A stretch of 64,000 nucleotides of DNA from Candidatus Gastranaerophilaceae bacterium (GTDB lineage Bacteria; Cyanobacteriota; Vampirovibrionia; Gastranaerophilales; Gastranaerophilaceae). Each line of letters starts with the position of its first letter. The stretch's first letter is position 1. A model generated the notes under the pieces. That model had not been told where the DNA came from. It searched no databases and worked only from the letters and a program-made list of their open reading frames with translations. The DNA is taken from positions 587 to 64,586 of the forward strand of contig JAZNBJ010000037.1 in the NCBI GenBank assembly GCA_045586965.1, in the 5' to 3' direction. Shown here one piece after another: positions 21,201 to 35,539 of this stretch. The position numbers and the translations under genes were made by a program.

Positions 21201-24200
21201 CTATGTCATTAGGAATACCTACAATTTCAGCAGCAAAACGCTTGTTTGCCAAAGACGGTATTGTGTGGTTACCTTCTAATGTGGTAGTGAAACGATTTAA
21301 AATATCCTCTATTTCTGTAATATCTATATCAGCTACACTTTCGTGGAAATCTTCATTAACCATTGTTGCCAATTTTGTATCTGCGTAAATAGCAGTATTT
21401 CCTCGTAATATTTCTTGTAACCAAGTAGAATTTACAGCATATGGATTTCTTAGCATTCTTTCACGCCAAGACTTACTACGAATTCTAGCATCAAATAATC
21501 TTGTTATGAAATTGTGTGAACCAATTGTATATATTTTTACACCCTCTGGACCTCTTTGAGAATTGTTTTTATAATCAGATGGTAATTTTTTTCCAATACG
21601 TTCTGCTAATACGTTTAAATCGCCTTTTAAATCAAACAAATCTTTTATTATTTTTGAACCAAATTTCTTTTTAGAATTTAATTCATTTTGCAAATCTGTT
21701 GTAGTTATACTTGATAATTTTTTCGCTACATTTTTCAACAAGTTAAATGTACCACTATCGTCCGACTTTGTTACAAGTTCTGCCATAGCAGAATGATCCA
21801 TGTTAAAGCTTATTCCGAAAGTTGTTTCTAACTGTTGCAGTAGATTTATAACAGACTTCTTGTCTGACGATTTAACAGACTTCACGGCATCTGCGAGTGG
21901 TTTTAATAACTGTCTCAAATTTTTTGATGAAAAGCCTACACTTTCTCTAGAAACAGAACCTATTGCAACTAATGCATTTTTGATGCCACGTTTCCAATGT
22001 ATTAACAAATTATCGTTTACTGCAGTTTCATCTCCACTACGAGTACTAGCTGACACATATTCTACATCAACCACCTTACCTTTATCGTCTACAATTTCTT
22101 TTGTTGAATAATCGTGATATGTAAAACGGTGTATGTGTCTAACGAAATCACTAAAAAATCTATTTACAAACGCTTGAGATGTTTGTTTGTCTGTCAACAT
22201 TTGATAAACTTGCATCACAGTGTTATCATTCATTTGATCACGATAACGGAATGCTGCAACTTTCAGTTTTTCAAGCATATCTTCTGTGTTTTCAGCAGTA
22301 TCTATTGAACGAGCCAATTTGTTGAACAATGCTGCAACATTACTGTAACGTATCAATCCGTCTGAAGTAAATTTAGCACCGCTTGCATCTTGTAAATTTG
22401 TATCTGTTACACTCCATATAAACATCTTCATGCTTACATCCAATGACTTAAACGCATCCTTTAGATAAGAATCTCTGTTTTTTGATATAGAATCAGTAAC
22501 AGCATTTGATCCAGGTTCTCCCATAAGATCAATGTCGTCATTTATAATCTATTCTGGGTTGTTTGTATCATCAAACTCAGCGTTAAATTGTTTGTCACAG
22601 AACTTAGTGAGTATCTCTTTCCAAGCGTCCCATTGCTTTGTTTCTATTATTTTTTCATATACATTTATCATATTTGACATCAATATGACAGCTTCGTATA
22701 CATCATCCTTATTGAAACCTGCTGGTAAATTTTTTAAACCAGACGCAACATTCTTTTCAAGTTCACTTAATGCCTTTTTATACGTACCAAGTTGGTCTTG
22801 CAACGCTTTTTTAACCGCTTCTGTATTTACTTGCAGTTTTCCATTTTCAAGAATTTGTATGCTACTTGTTCTTAACAAACGACCTAACAAATCTCTTTTT
22901 ATTTCGTCGTATTGTCTTGCGTTTTTAGCAACCTGCACGTCTTTGTACATTATTCCAGAGAACGGATTTGAATCTCCGTACACATTTTTGAACAGTTCTA
23001 AATTATTAGAAGTTGCTTTTGCATACGCATATCTACCGGCACGCATATCTTCAAACAATTTATCCATGTTGTGATACTTTGGAGTAATGTTCATGCCAGT
23101 GAGACGTCTTATTCCAGATAAGATGGCGTCATACAATTTCTTAAACTTTTTTGCCAAGATTCCAACGTGTTTTGTTTCAACATTGTTACCCTTGTCTTGA
23201 ATGTATACGGCAAATTGATCTGCTAAGAATTCTTCGACTTGTTTGTCGCTTTTGTCTTTTAATTCTTGCCATTTTTCTCTGGCGTCAGCGTACATTTTCT
23301 GTCTAGACTTTTCAGATAGCAAGAACAAACTTACACGGTGGAAAGACTCGTGATACAACGAATTCTTTGCTATTTTTCCACTTCTAGCGTCCTTGAAAAT
23401 TCTGATTCCATTAGATAAACACTCACCAAACACATAGATCATGGCCTCTCTAGAACTATCCCAAGCAGTTTCTTCTTCTGCAAATGTATAAACAGGGAAG
23501 TTTTCTCCAAGTATGCGCTTCACGTTTTCTAATGCTGTTGAATAATCTTCTTTCTCAACATGCTCAGAAACAAACTACAATACTGATGCAAACTTAGGAG
23601 AGCTACCAAATAATTCTGCAGATACTTTATAAATCAACTGAGGGTTTGACTCTATTAATTTAACTGCTTTTACAGGATTACTTTCAATACCTACCGCATT
23701 GTAGTATCTTGCGATTATATTCTTTATTGCATTTTGAACAGTTGCACTTTCTTTTGCATTTCTTGCACTCTATACTAATTCCGCAGCATTTTTTGTAGCC
23801 CATTCGGAAACATCCTTTGGTGCTACTTCGGATCTTGGGTTCACTGCAGTTTTAGGTTGGCTTTGTGGTTGTAAACCTTGGTTAACGGCATCTGCTGCTG
23901 TAGGGGCCTGTCTTTCCATTCCTCCTAAATCAGCTAAAGGATTTATTCCAACACTTTCATTTCCTGTTTGTGCAAGTCCAGCCTATTGATATAAGCTTTG
24001 TCTCATATCTTCTGCATCTTCTTGTGTCAAATTATCAGAATACTCTAGGACATAATCGTCAATTAGCTGTTTCACAGTTATTGTATTTCCAGAAGCATCT
24101 TTAAGATCTTCTTGTGTGACATCTAACGAAAAGTCTACATCTGAATTAGACCATCTCAAAGGTATTGATGTCTAAACTGAAGAAGTTACGTGCACTGGCT

Positions 24201-27200
24201 CTTGGAAAGGAACCATTCTTGTGTTTTGAGCTACAACTCCAGTTGTTGCAGATCCACCTCCAATGACAATAACAGTTCCGTCGGGTTGTTGTATGGTGCT
24301 TCCTGCAGGAAGTGTTGAATAATCTACACCAACAGCAGAAGCTTGTGTTTGTGCCGTTCCTTGTTGTGCCTATTGAGTAGGCTGTTGTGTCTTCTGCATT
24401 TTTGCAGTATCAAAGTATGCGGTAATCATCTTACCTTTTTCATCCAAAATAGGATTATTATTTTCGTCAACCAATACAATTGAAAGACTTTTTCTTTCAG
24501 CCAAACCAGAAACAAGACCGTGGAATTTACCACCACGTTGAATACCCCATCCTTCTTTAACACCTTCACCTTGCGCATATCTTACTGCAGCTTGATTTTC
24601 CGACCAAGGTACACCACTAGGTTTACCTTCTTTATCCAAGATTGCTGCGTAATACTTTTTATTCGTATCTAATAAATCCGAAACTTTATTTACAAAATGA
24701 TCAAAAATATCAAATACTTTTGTAACATATGTTGCGGCATTATCACCTGCAGACAATACAGACAAACCAGTTGTTTTATCATTTGACCATTCTACTGCTT
24801 CTTCTCTTGACATTTCTTCTCCAAGCTACTTTCTTGCATTCGCAGCAGAACCTTGTTGGATTGGATCATTTGGTAATCCTGTGAATTTTCTATCTGATCT
24901 GTAACGTATATATACGCTAGGATTTACAAAGATGTTAGAACTTTCATTTGTATTTAAGTCTGTTTGCAACCATCCGTTGTCAACTACAGACGCAACATAA
25001 TTATCATTCGCATCTTCTTTAAAAATAACATTTCCCTCTTTTGTTATTTCTAAATCATTTCCAACTACAGCACTTGTGTTTGCTAACTTTTTAGAATCCA
25101 CACGATATGGTTTGTTTTCCATTATGAATTTGACAAAATCAGCAAAGTTGTCATTGTTCAAAGTAGAAGTTGTACCAAACCTAACATCGCCAGTATTCTT
25201 ATTAAAGTATAGTAAACGACGATAATTGTTGTCATTTGGATTATTTATAATAGCATCTGTTCCTGTATAAATAAATCTGTCAATAAGCTGTTGAACTGTC
25301 ATTTGAGTTTTTACAGTATATCCGTTGTCTGTAGTAAACTCATTTATAAACTGATCCATCTTCAACTTACCCATTCGTACAGCATTAAATATGTCTGCAA
25401 TAAATGTAGCCATATTTTCATCCATATACTTAGGATTAAGTTTTACAGGATATTCTTTATGCGCTGAATTTAAGAATCTGGGTAAAACCAAATATATTGC
25501 ACCTGCAGTACCGCTTGCATTTTTCATGGTGTGTTTTTCACCCTTTTGGTTATAGTATATAATAGATGCTCCTCCATCGGTATTAAATGAACCAAATGCA
25601 AATTGTAAAGGAGCTGTATCATAACCAGCAAAAGCGTCATCTGCTTTTACTTCTGCAGCAACATCTGATATGTATTTCTTAGTTATTTCTTCAGAAAGTT
25701 TATCCTTTTCTTCATTTACAGCTTCTTCTACTCGATCAAGTATAATTCCTGGAGTAATACCAGACTTTAATACTTTGTCGTTCTTTGTGGCTTCGTCACT
25801 ATCTTCCTTTTCTTTTTTGGTTTTACTTCGATACAAACTATCTAACACAGGTTGCAAGAAAGAATGAACTTGAACTAATTCGGTTAAGTAATCAACTCGC
25901 TGTTCTTTTGTTTCGTTTGCATTACGACCTTTCATTCCCGAAATCTTTTCAAGAATTGTATCGTATGGCTTAAACGCTTCTTCTAACTGTGTATCAAGAT
26001 CTGTTTGCTCTTGTGGATCTTTTTGTGCCTTGTCTTTTGTATTACGAGACAACCACTTCTCTAATGAGAAGACATATCTTCCGTTTTCGTCCTTTTGCAA
26101 ACCTAAAGATTTAACTTCTGATATTTTGTGGTTAACGTGATAAGAAACGGTATTAAAGTCATCATAATTGACAGCATTTCCGTTTGGTGTTGAAGAACCA
26201 TAAGTAAATACCTGAGCTATGTTAGATGGTTTAGTTAACATTGAGAACTTCTTATTGAAGAAGTAATCTGTTAAGGTTTCTTCAGCAACTTCTGCTTTAC
26301 CATGTTGAACAAACTGATAACCCAAATCCTTTAATTGCGAAATAAATTCTTGTGCATTCTTAGATTGATTCAAAACTTTTTCAAAATCTTGAAACATCTT
26401 TGTTGCTTTTTGTATGCTTTCTGGAGTATTTGAATACTTTAATTCTTCATATTCTTGTGTCTGCTGATTTCTTTCAAACACACGAATTGAAGAACTTCCG
26501 TTAAACCATCTTCCTTTTATTGCGTCTTCTACTGTAATTTCAATAGGTGTTGCAAATTCAGAATTATCTGTATTTTTTGTGTATGTCAAGAAAGATTCGG
26601 GAGACACGCTTTGAACAAACTGTAAAAGTTTTTTTGCACGTAATCTTTGTGATTCTTTTGGAGATTTTGTATTTCCAGCAAGACCCAAATTCTTTCTTAT
26701 ATAATTACTCCAAAGAGTATCTAATTTTGTAGCTCCGTGTCCGTAACGTATTAATCCTTTTACAACAGAAGATAATGCGGTTTCACCGCCATCAAGTTGC
26801 TTGTTTAAATCTTCCTCAGTAACATCAAACTGAAGGTCTTTTAACAAACTCAAGAATTCTTCCATATTATCTATTACACGTGCTGTAGCTTCAACTGAAG
26901 CACTTGTGTAATATTGATTAATCTCTGATGCAGACATTTGTGTTCCATCATCTTTGGCAAAGAATCTTGATTGAGGATTTACTTTTGTCTAAATTGAATA
27001 ATCAAAATCACCGTATACTATTTCAACTTGTTTATCTGAAAAATAAACACGGCTTCTAAAAGAATTTTCAACTTCTTCTTCTGTAAAACCTTCTTTTGAA
27101 AGATCTGCATCTTTTTTAACAAGCTTATAATTGTTTAGCAAATCGTGTATTAAACCAGCACGAGCGTTAAATTCCTCATTGTTTACAGTTTCCGATCTGC

Positions 27201-30200
27201 TCGCAGATGAGAAATCAGACAAAACAACAAATGTTGATTGTTTACCGGTTCTTGGTTGAAACATTAAGGCTGTTAAAGGAAGTGAATATACCAAATTTTT
27301 ATAAGCTTCCTTTGTAATAGACACACCATTGTAATTTGCAGCAGTTTCTTCATTCTTTGCAAACTTTTCAAGAAGTTCATATAATTCTACAGAGTTATAT
27401 TGTTTATTCTATTTTAACTCAGCTATTTTTTCACCAAGCTTATTGAAAAACTCTACAGCTTTGTATCTACTATATGTTTCACCTTTTACAGTAAAGTGAT
27501 CATCTTTCACATATTTTTTAGCTTCTTGTACAGAAAAATATGGTGCTGCAATATGACCTCTCCAGAACCTAGCTTGGTGATAAGGGTTGAGCAGCTTTGT
27601 TCTTGCGGCTTTGTTTGATTGTTTGTCATTTGGTATTGGGTATGCCTTTACTTTGTTTACTTTACCCATTTCAGCCTGAACAAGCTTTTCTCTCCAAGTA
27701 GGCTTAACCTTTTCAGTTTCTTTTTCGTTTTCTTCGAAATCAAAAACATCTCCGGTAGAACTTACCAATTCTGTTCTTAATGCACGTTTTTTCTTGTTTT
27801 CAGCAATGTCGTTTGCAACAAGATTTTCTAATCTTGTTAATTTTGACGCATACAGAGTTTCTTTACCTTCGTTGTTTACAGTTTTTAAAGAAGATAACCA
27901 TTCTCTATTTTGATCCGTCCGCATTATTATTTTGTTTTGTGACGGATTTTCTTTTTGTCTGGTTAAATTGTCAGCGATTACATCAAGGGTTTCAACAATC
28001 TTGTCGTTTGCCTCTTTATTTTCTGGATTTTCTTCCGAATCTTTTGCCAACCTTTCCTTTTGTTTTGCGACATTTTCCAACAACTTATCTATATGTTTTT
28101 CATCGCTGGCGTCACTAACTGGTTGCAATGTTAATATTAAACCTTCATTTTCAGAATATTCTGCTTCGTTTTGTCTTACAACATATCTGTTTCCAGAAGC
28201 ATCTTGCCAAACAGTATGCTCTGCTTTAAATCCTGCATTTTTACGTTGAGCTCTAGCTCTAGACTCTGCAGAAATGCGTAAAACACGGTCTAATTGCTTA
28301 GCCATGTTTTCAGATATATCTGTAATTTCTTTTAATATTTTCTTTTCTTCTTCGGAAGCATTTTCAAATTGATCGCCTTTCTAATATTGATATTTAATGC
28401 GATTTGTAGCTCTACTTACGTATCTAACATATTCTTCAGGAGTATTAGTTAACTCTGCGCCTCTGTTTAGATATTCTGCAAAAGATCTAAGATAACTATT
28501 TTCTGGAATAGAATCTAACAAGGTATGCAGCTCGTCTGCAGTACTGGTTATTTGCTCATTTATATAAGCTTGTTCTTCTTCCATTTGTTGTTTAGTCATA
28601 TCCTAAACCTTTGTGTCATTGATTACAGCAGCACCTTCTTTTACTTCTGTATTTGTTTTAGCAGCTTCATTTGACGCATCTGCCAAATTATTTTGTCTTG
28701 TTTGAGTTTCTTTGTATTTTGCAACAACATTTTTTACAAAATCTTTCTTTGCATCTTGATACTGCATGTTTTTTAAGTTCAAAAGAGTACCTAACACAGT
28801 AATGTCTGAATGATCTCTTGCGACTTTTTCGATAGAATTGTTGTCTGCCAAAGCTTCAGCAGAAAACGATTGTGCCGCATCGGTTATAACATCTGACAAG
28901 ACCAAATCGCTCTTTTTTATATCAGGGTGAGCTGTCATTAAATCTCTAACAATCGCATCACGTTGCATTTGTAACTTTGTCAAATTTGTAATGTATGCTA
29001 AAGCTGTTTCAGCTTCTTCGATATGCGATTCTTGTGACAACATTTTTTTCTCTGCCATAATCTTTTTGATTTCTTCCTATTTTTTTATGGCTTGTGATTT
29101 TTCCTGAACATGTTGTATTTCTTTATTCAAAAGAGATAATGCAGCAAAACTTCTAAAATCAGCTTCGTTTAGCTCGTCTTTTGTGAACTTAGCATCCTTT
29201 ATTTCCTATTGAAAAGTTTCATCCTAGCTACGATCCGTTACTACTGCTGTAATTTTACCGCCTTCTTTTTCATATTCTTTTAATATTTTGTTAGCCTGAT
29301 CCGCTTCTTTGTTTGCATTATAACCCAACGCCATATACAAATCAACATCGTCATCAGACAAATCTTCTACATTTTGAAGTTTTTTACGCATTTCTCTGCT
29401 GTAACCAATCATAGCAACAGCTTCTCTTTTCTATTCTTCTATATGCTCATCTACTTGATCTTCTGTTGCAGGTGTTTGGCCATCAGTTAAAACGGTAGCA
29501 TCTAAATTGTATTTTTTTGTTTTTCCATCTGGACCAACACTCTTTAATTCTTTTTTTAATTCATCAAGAGCTTCTGTCCACGCTCTACCCGAAGGAAGAC
29601 CTTCTCTTACGTTTTTAAAGAATTCCTTACTTCTGTTAACTTCATCTTGAGTACTCAATGTATACTCTAATTGCTTTGCGACTTTTGGTATAGTCAACAA
29701 AGTTTGAATTTCTCCATTCGCTCTAGATACCAACGAAGCTGTACCAAACGGATTAAACAGTGATAATAAGAAACCACTACCCATTTCTTCAAACAGCTGT
29801 TGATCATCTTTGTATTCAGGATATAACCCAAAAGCAGCACCCATTGATTTGGTTCTTAACCATATATCGTGACCAAGATCTGTAAATACTTGTCCGTCAG
29901 CAACAGCATCTAAAAAAGTTTGATTTACATTTTCATCTGCATATTCTCCATTCAAATATTCTTTTACTAAAAAATTCTGAGCACCTTCTTCACTGGCTTC
30001 AATCATACCACGTATGGTTGTATCTGTAGCCAACTTACGCAAATCTCCAAGTAAACGTTTGTTTCTGGCAATAGCACCACTGGCTGCAACATTTAGACCT
30101 GCCTTAAATCTTTTTGCTGCAGCTACTTTCAATGCGTTTGGAACTAATTTACTAGTTGCTGTACCTAATGTTTTTTTAGCAATCGCTGTAAATGGTTTTG

Positions 30201-31242
30201 ACAAAGAACCAACGGGCAAAAGATAAGTTAAATCAGACACAGCTTCTCCAAAGCCTAATGCATTATTACGCTCAAATAAACGTCTTGATTCTACATACGC
30301 ATCCTTTGCAGACTCTGCAAAACCAGAGCTAAATGTATCCAAAGTAGGATCAGCAAGTGCAGCTTGTATAATTTGTTGTGGGGTCATTGTGCTTGTGTCT
30401 ACACCACGTTCTTGTAGTTGAGCTGATACTTTTTCACGAACTTTGTTCATGTCTACCTTCTTATCTTCTGCGAGTTGCATCATTTTTTCGTAGTAGCCAT
30501 TGAACGCTTCCATATGTGATTCCTCTTGTCTTGATTTAACGTTTCCTAAAGCTCCGCCAAGAAGACCTCCCAATACAAATCCAACTCCAGCGCCAATACC
30601 GCCACCCCAAGCACCAATCGCAGCACCTGCTTTTGCGCCAGCCCAAGCGCCACCAAGACTGACAGCTTGCCATACAGGAGATGTCATTGAAGTACCAGCT
30701 GTAGCAGGCATCTTATACATCCAATTTCCCCATCCTTGCACAGCCTCATTGCTTTTGTTGGTATAGTATTGAGAAATATCGTAATTATTTACACCAAAGA
30801 GTGCGTTATTATCACGCTGATCCTTATTGTGAAAATAACTAGCTTCTTCTTCTGCAAAAGTTTTATCCTACTCATCAATTATTTCTTGTAATTCTTGATT
30901 TGTAGGATCCTTTTTTTCTGTCCATAGCCCAAGCTTTCTCAAAGTACTAATACCTTCGATCTTCTCATCCTCATTGTCACTTTGAGCTAACTTTGCATAC
31001 TTTTTATTATTTGTAGCTTGCAACATACGATCTTGATTTGCCTACATTTCACCTTCCTATACAGAACGGTAATAGGAAGCGGCAGCATCGCCGAGATATT
31101 CATACCAATTATATCCCGGCGCGCTAGCGTTTCCTCTTATGTTTTTTCTATTTAGTAGACTTGTTGTGTCAAGATCAATGTCTGTTCGTCCGTAACGAAT
31201 ACCCTGCAAGTAATCTTGTAATATTTCAATATTATTGTCCAT
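15250..31242 (-). CDS. giant 5,330-codon ORF containing the crAss-type virion RNA polymerase module, fused to membrane, zincin and SLOG-like modules
   Basis: The frame runs from ATG 31242-31240 to TAA 15252-15250. All 14 gaps between ORF-track pieces, read codon by codon, hold 23 in-frame TAGs and no TAA/TGA. Motifs: a glycine-zipper TM segment (about 30530-30700), HESFH at 23338-23352, GSDFDIDK at 18478-18492 (the DxDxD metal site of crAss-like/YonO-type RNAPs) and SGGQTGVDEAG at about 15465-15498. Confidence 0.8.
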
Positions 31243-31246
31243 GTTT

Positions 31247-33235
31247 TTATCTTAAAGCTCCACTTGGAGTATAATTTTTTAACATCAAATTTGCATCATC
31301 TCCAAAAATTTGATTATCTTGAGACTTCGTTGTACCATATTCTTTTTGGTACATTGAGTTACTTCTCTTTTTATCTATATTTGCCATTGTATCTGGAATT
31401 ACAGTTGTTATTTTGACGGCAGCTCTTCCTTCCTCGTCGTGTGTTAACTCATATCCAGCTTCAGCTAATTTACTACTCAATCCTCCACCTAACCAAGAAG
31501 ATAGTGTAGAATAACCAGGAGACCCATCCCATATAGGAATTGCCACTTCTACTACGTAATTTCTACTTCCACCTGATTCTAAGATTCCGGTAATTTCTTG
31601 CACATAACCAGTTCCTAATTCACCGGCAGCAAATCTTTCTTCTATACTTATGTTATTTGTATCTGTTGGGCCACCAAACCAACGACCTCTATCCAATTGA
31701 ATAGACTCTAAATCAATTTGATTTGTACCATCTCCAAAACCAGACGCAGAAGCTCTGTTACGAAGATATTGATTTGTGTTATATATAAATGATCTTGGTG
31801 ATAATGTTTTTGAACCACTTATAGAAAAACCAAGTTCGTTTTTAGACTTTCTTTCTCCAAACAGTTGTTCATTTAAATCAAATCCTGTCATGTTGGAAAC
31901 TTTTTGCGACATTTCTTTTAACGCATATCCCCACATGTGTTGGAACGAAGGAAGATTAAAATGATAATCTCCTCCAAGAAGTTCATTAGACGTATCTGCT
32001 TTTAACAAATCAAAGATTGACTTATTTAATTCTTTTTCAGACATGTTACCGTTGTCTTGCTGTAAAACGTATTCTTTCATTAAGTTTTCGTACATTCTAC
32101 CGTAAGCTTCATCTTGTGCTTTACCTGCAAGATTTACGTATTGATTGAAAGTAAAATCACGTTTCTGCTCCAAATCTTTATTGTCTGGATCTTCATTTAA
32201 CGCTTCTGTTAACTATAACGTAGCAAGTTGCAAATTGTCTAAATCTTTTGTATATTTTCCAGCGAACTCAGGATCCATATCAAACATTGTTTGAAGAATC
32301 GCCTTTCGTTTATCATCTCCTTCTTTGCGCAAAGCATCTTCTAATCCTATCGCACCGGTCGCGTTAGCTTGTTGTTGAGCTCTTGCTTTTGCGATTTCTG
32401 TATTGACGTCAAGTTGTGTCTTCCATGCATTAAATCCTAAAGTATCATCAATTGGCGTAGATACTATTTTCTTACGTTGTGCACCAATAAGGTGTTCCAT
32501 CAACTTGTTATCTGCATCTTCTCCATACAACTGTTGATAACGTTCTCTCCACGCAGCACCTTGTGGGGTGTTTATTATTTCTGTATATTGCAAAGAATCT
32601 GCAATATCTCCGTAAGTAATAGCATTCCATCCGCTTGTCCAAGGTCTTACTTCGTTTGGATTTAAAGGGTTTCTATTACCTCCGTAGTATGTCGGTTCAA
32701 TTCCTTCAACATATGGACTTCCTAATTCTTCTAACGATTTATACGGCATTGGAGAAAGTGTTGTCATCATTCTATCTTCTCCAAGAGTATCCCATTGCGA
32801 TACATTTATTTTATCCATCCAAGGAGCGTACCTGCCTGCAGCAATTAGTTTTGCTTTATTGTCTTCATAGACTTCGAATGCTTTGGCATTTTGTTTTAAT
32901 CTGCCCATATCGGCATAATTCAGATTATTTATAGCTTGTTGTAACCCAGCTCTAAATGCAGAATCCTTCATTGCATCGGGATCTGATGCAGCGCGTTCAA
33001 TGTATTTTCTAATTACAGGGTTATTGTAAGTCAAATCCCCCCAACGTTGCATATCTATATCTGACAACGATTGAAATTCAGCCCATGTTTTTTGTTGTGC
33101 AGCCAATTCTTTTCTAGCCTCATCTACTGCAGCTTTCTAAGTAACTCCGATCTTATACAGTTGATCAAAGTTAATGGGTACATATGTATCTATGTACCCA
33201 ATTTCTGTTGGTTTATAAAATCTATTTACTGTCAT
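31247..33235 (-). CDS. virion/ejection protein, function unknown (662 aa)
   Basis: The frame runs from ATG 33235 to TAA 31247 with in-frame TAGs at 33137 and 32213. It joins track ORFs 31247-32173 and 32213-33106, which share a frame. The ATG lies 2 nt after the upstream TAA. Confidence 0.7.
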
Positions 33236-33237
33236 AA

Positions 33238-35538
33238 TTATGAATATAATGGAGCAAGGTCCTCGTGAGTAAATCCAGCTTCCAAGAATCTTCTGTACAA
33301 TGGAAGTAATTGCTTATCTCTCAGTTTTGTATTATAAGACTTAGTACTACCAGCTAAGATATTGTGTATACTTTTTCTAGCAGCATCATTTGTCATCAAA
33401 GCTGCAGCTCTATTTTGAGCGTTATTTGTTCTTGCTAAATTAGTAGCATTAACCCATTGTTGACCCAAATTGTTCAACATTTCTGCTTCTTCACCACGGT
33501 ATTGATTATTTGCATTAGCTTCTTGTAATCTTACTTTAGCGATAGCATCTGCTGCATTTACAGCACTTTGTGTCATGGCTGCTAAGTTTCTACCAGTATT
33601 TGCACCAGTTCTAGTCAAGTTATAATTACCCATTGCTCTTTCTCTGGCGTTGTCAGCCATAGCCCCTTCAACCAATCTGGCTCTACGATTACGCATGGTG
33701 TTCATAATAGTACGATGATAAGGATTATATACAGCGTCTTCTATTTCAGGTTTAGCACCTAATCCAGGTATAGCTGCAGCTAATTGACCAATAGTGCCAG
33801 CAAGATCTCCAATCCAACTGTAATCTTTCTCCGGTTTTGTGTATTTTATAACTTCTTCTTCTGGTTCAAAATCACCATCTGGGTCTGTTACTTTCTTTAA
33901 AGTAGGAATTGGTTCTGTTTTATTTAAACCGTATTTGTTAGCAATTTGATCAGCGACATCATCTACAAACGCCCTAGCCTAAATGTATTCTTTACTGTAT
34001 GGATCAACTTGTTCGCTGTAATCTTTTATTGCCGGTTCAACTTTTTCAACTCCTGAAGTTGCAGAAACCCTTGTTCCTTTTTCCTCATCGTTTTGAGAAA
34101 CAACCGTCTATCTTGGCCAGTAACCGTTAAACAAACCAAAATTATCAAATTGATGATAACCTCCAATGATTGGTTTTTCATTTCTACCCAAAATCATATT
34201 TCTAAATTCAGGAGATATTGTATGCAACTTTTCATCTGTAATAAACAAATTCATAAGTTCATCATATTCCTATTGTTGATCCGCCGCAAGTTGCTCGTAT
34301 TCCTATTTTGTCAAGTTTCCTCTACCAACTCTATTCAGTGTTTTTTCTGTTATTTTATTTTCTCTAGCAATGCGAGCTTCTCTGCCATAATCTGTAATCC
34401 AACCAAGTCTATAATCCCATTTCAATCCGTTTTCTACAGGATTTACAGTGGTATATTTATTAGGGGCACCAATTGTTCTTTTCTCCGGAGTTGTTGTTGT
34501 CTGTAAATTACCGTTTTCGTCTATGTAATAATATAAAGTCTCTGTTTCACCGCCTTCGTAAGCAGGAACAACAACGCCATCTTTAGCTGCCATTACTTTA
34601 GAACCATCAAGCTTCTTAAACTTCTTTTTGTTACCTTCCTTGTCTAATACAGCTTGTTGCTCATCGACTAAACGTTGTAATTCAGCTTCCATATTTCTAT
34701 CGTTCAATATCTTGGAATCAGCGAACTGAATATTCTGTAAAGACTTACGTGTCTTGTATTTTCTAGTTACAGCATCACCATCTTCCTTAAACTTATTACC
34801 TGTTCTAGGATTAATCTTATTACCTAACACAGCTGTACCTGGTTCCAGTGCACTTAAGTATTGGTCTGCTCCATGTGTACCGGCATCAGGATTTTGCGTT
34901 ACAGTGCCATCCGGATGCAACATAACTTCACCTCTGTCTGTAAAAGCTAACTGCTTATTACCCATCATACCGCCGTCTTTAAAACTATTAACTCCTCCCA
35001 TTGTATTTTCTTGTGCAAATTCATATGCTAAATTCTCAGTACCTTCTACAGCAGCTCTGTTTGCATAAGCGTTAGACTTAATACGATTACGTTCACGTCT
35101 TAGTCTACTATTAGCTCCAAAAGCACCCATTAAACCTGTACCTAAAGTACCCTAATCATAATCCGTAAAGCTGGTCATTTCAGCTTCTCTTCCTTTCTAT
35201 CCAATTGAACCAACTACACCACCGATAGCTCCACCGATAGCAGCACCCCAAGGTCCAAATGCAGCACCTATAGAAGCACCTTTGCCTATACCACCAAATA
35301 TATCACCGGCAGTTTGTGCTGCAACCTAACTACTGGTAGTAGCTGTGCTTGTTCCTAAGAAGCTATTTGCAAGCATACCACCTGCAGCAATGGCTCCTTG
35401 TCCAATAGCTCCAACCTATACTGCAGTTAATCCTTTACCTGCAGCAGAACCATTAGCTCCTGGAGTAGAACCACCAACAGATCCACCTGGAGTATAAGCC
35501 GGAACTTTAATGTTATTTCTTTTAATTGTTTTCTTCAT
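33238..35538 (-). CDS. tail/ejection protein with Gly/Ala-rich N-terminal membrane-active region (766 aa)
   Basis: The frame runs from ATG 35538 to TAA 33238 with 8 in-frame TAGs. The N-terminal 150 aa are GxxxG/AxxxG-rich (…GAIGQGAIAAGGMLAN…GAAFGPWGAAIGGAIGGVVGSIG…). Confidence 0.7.
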
Positions 35539-35539
35539 A

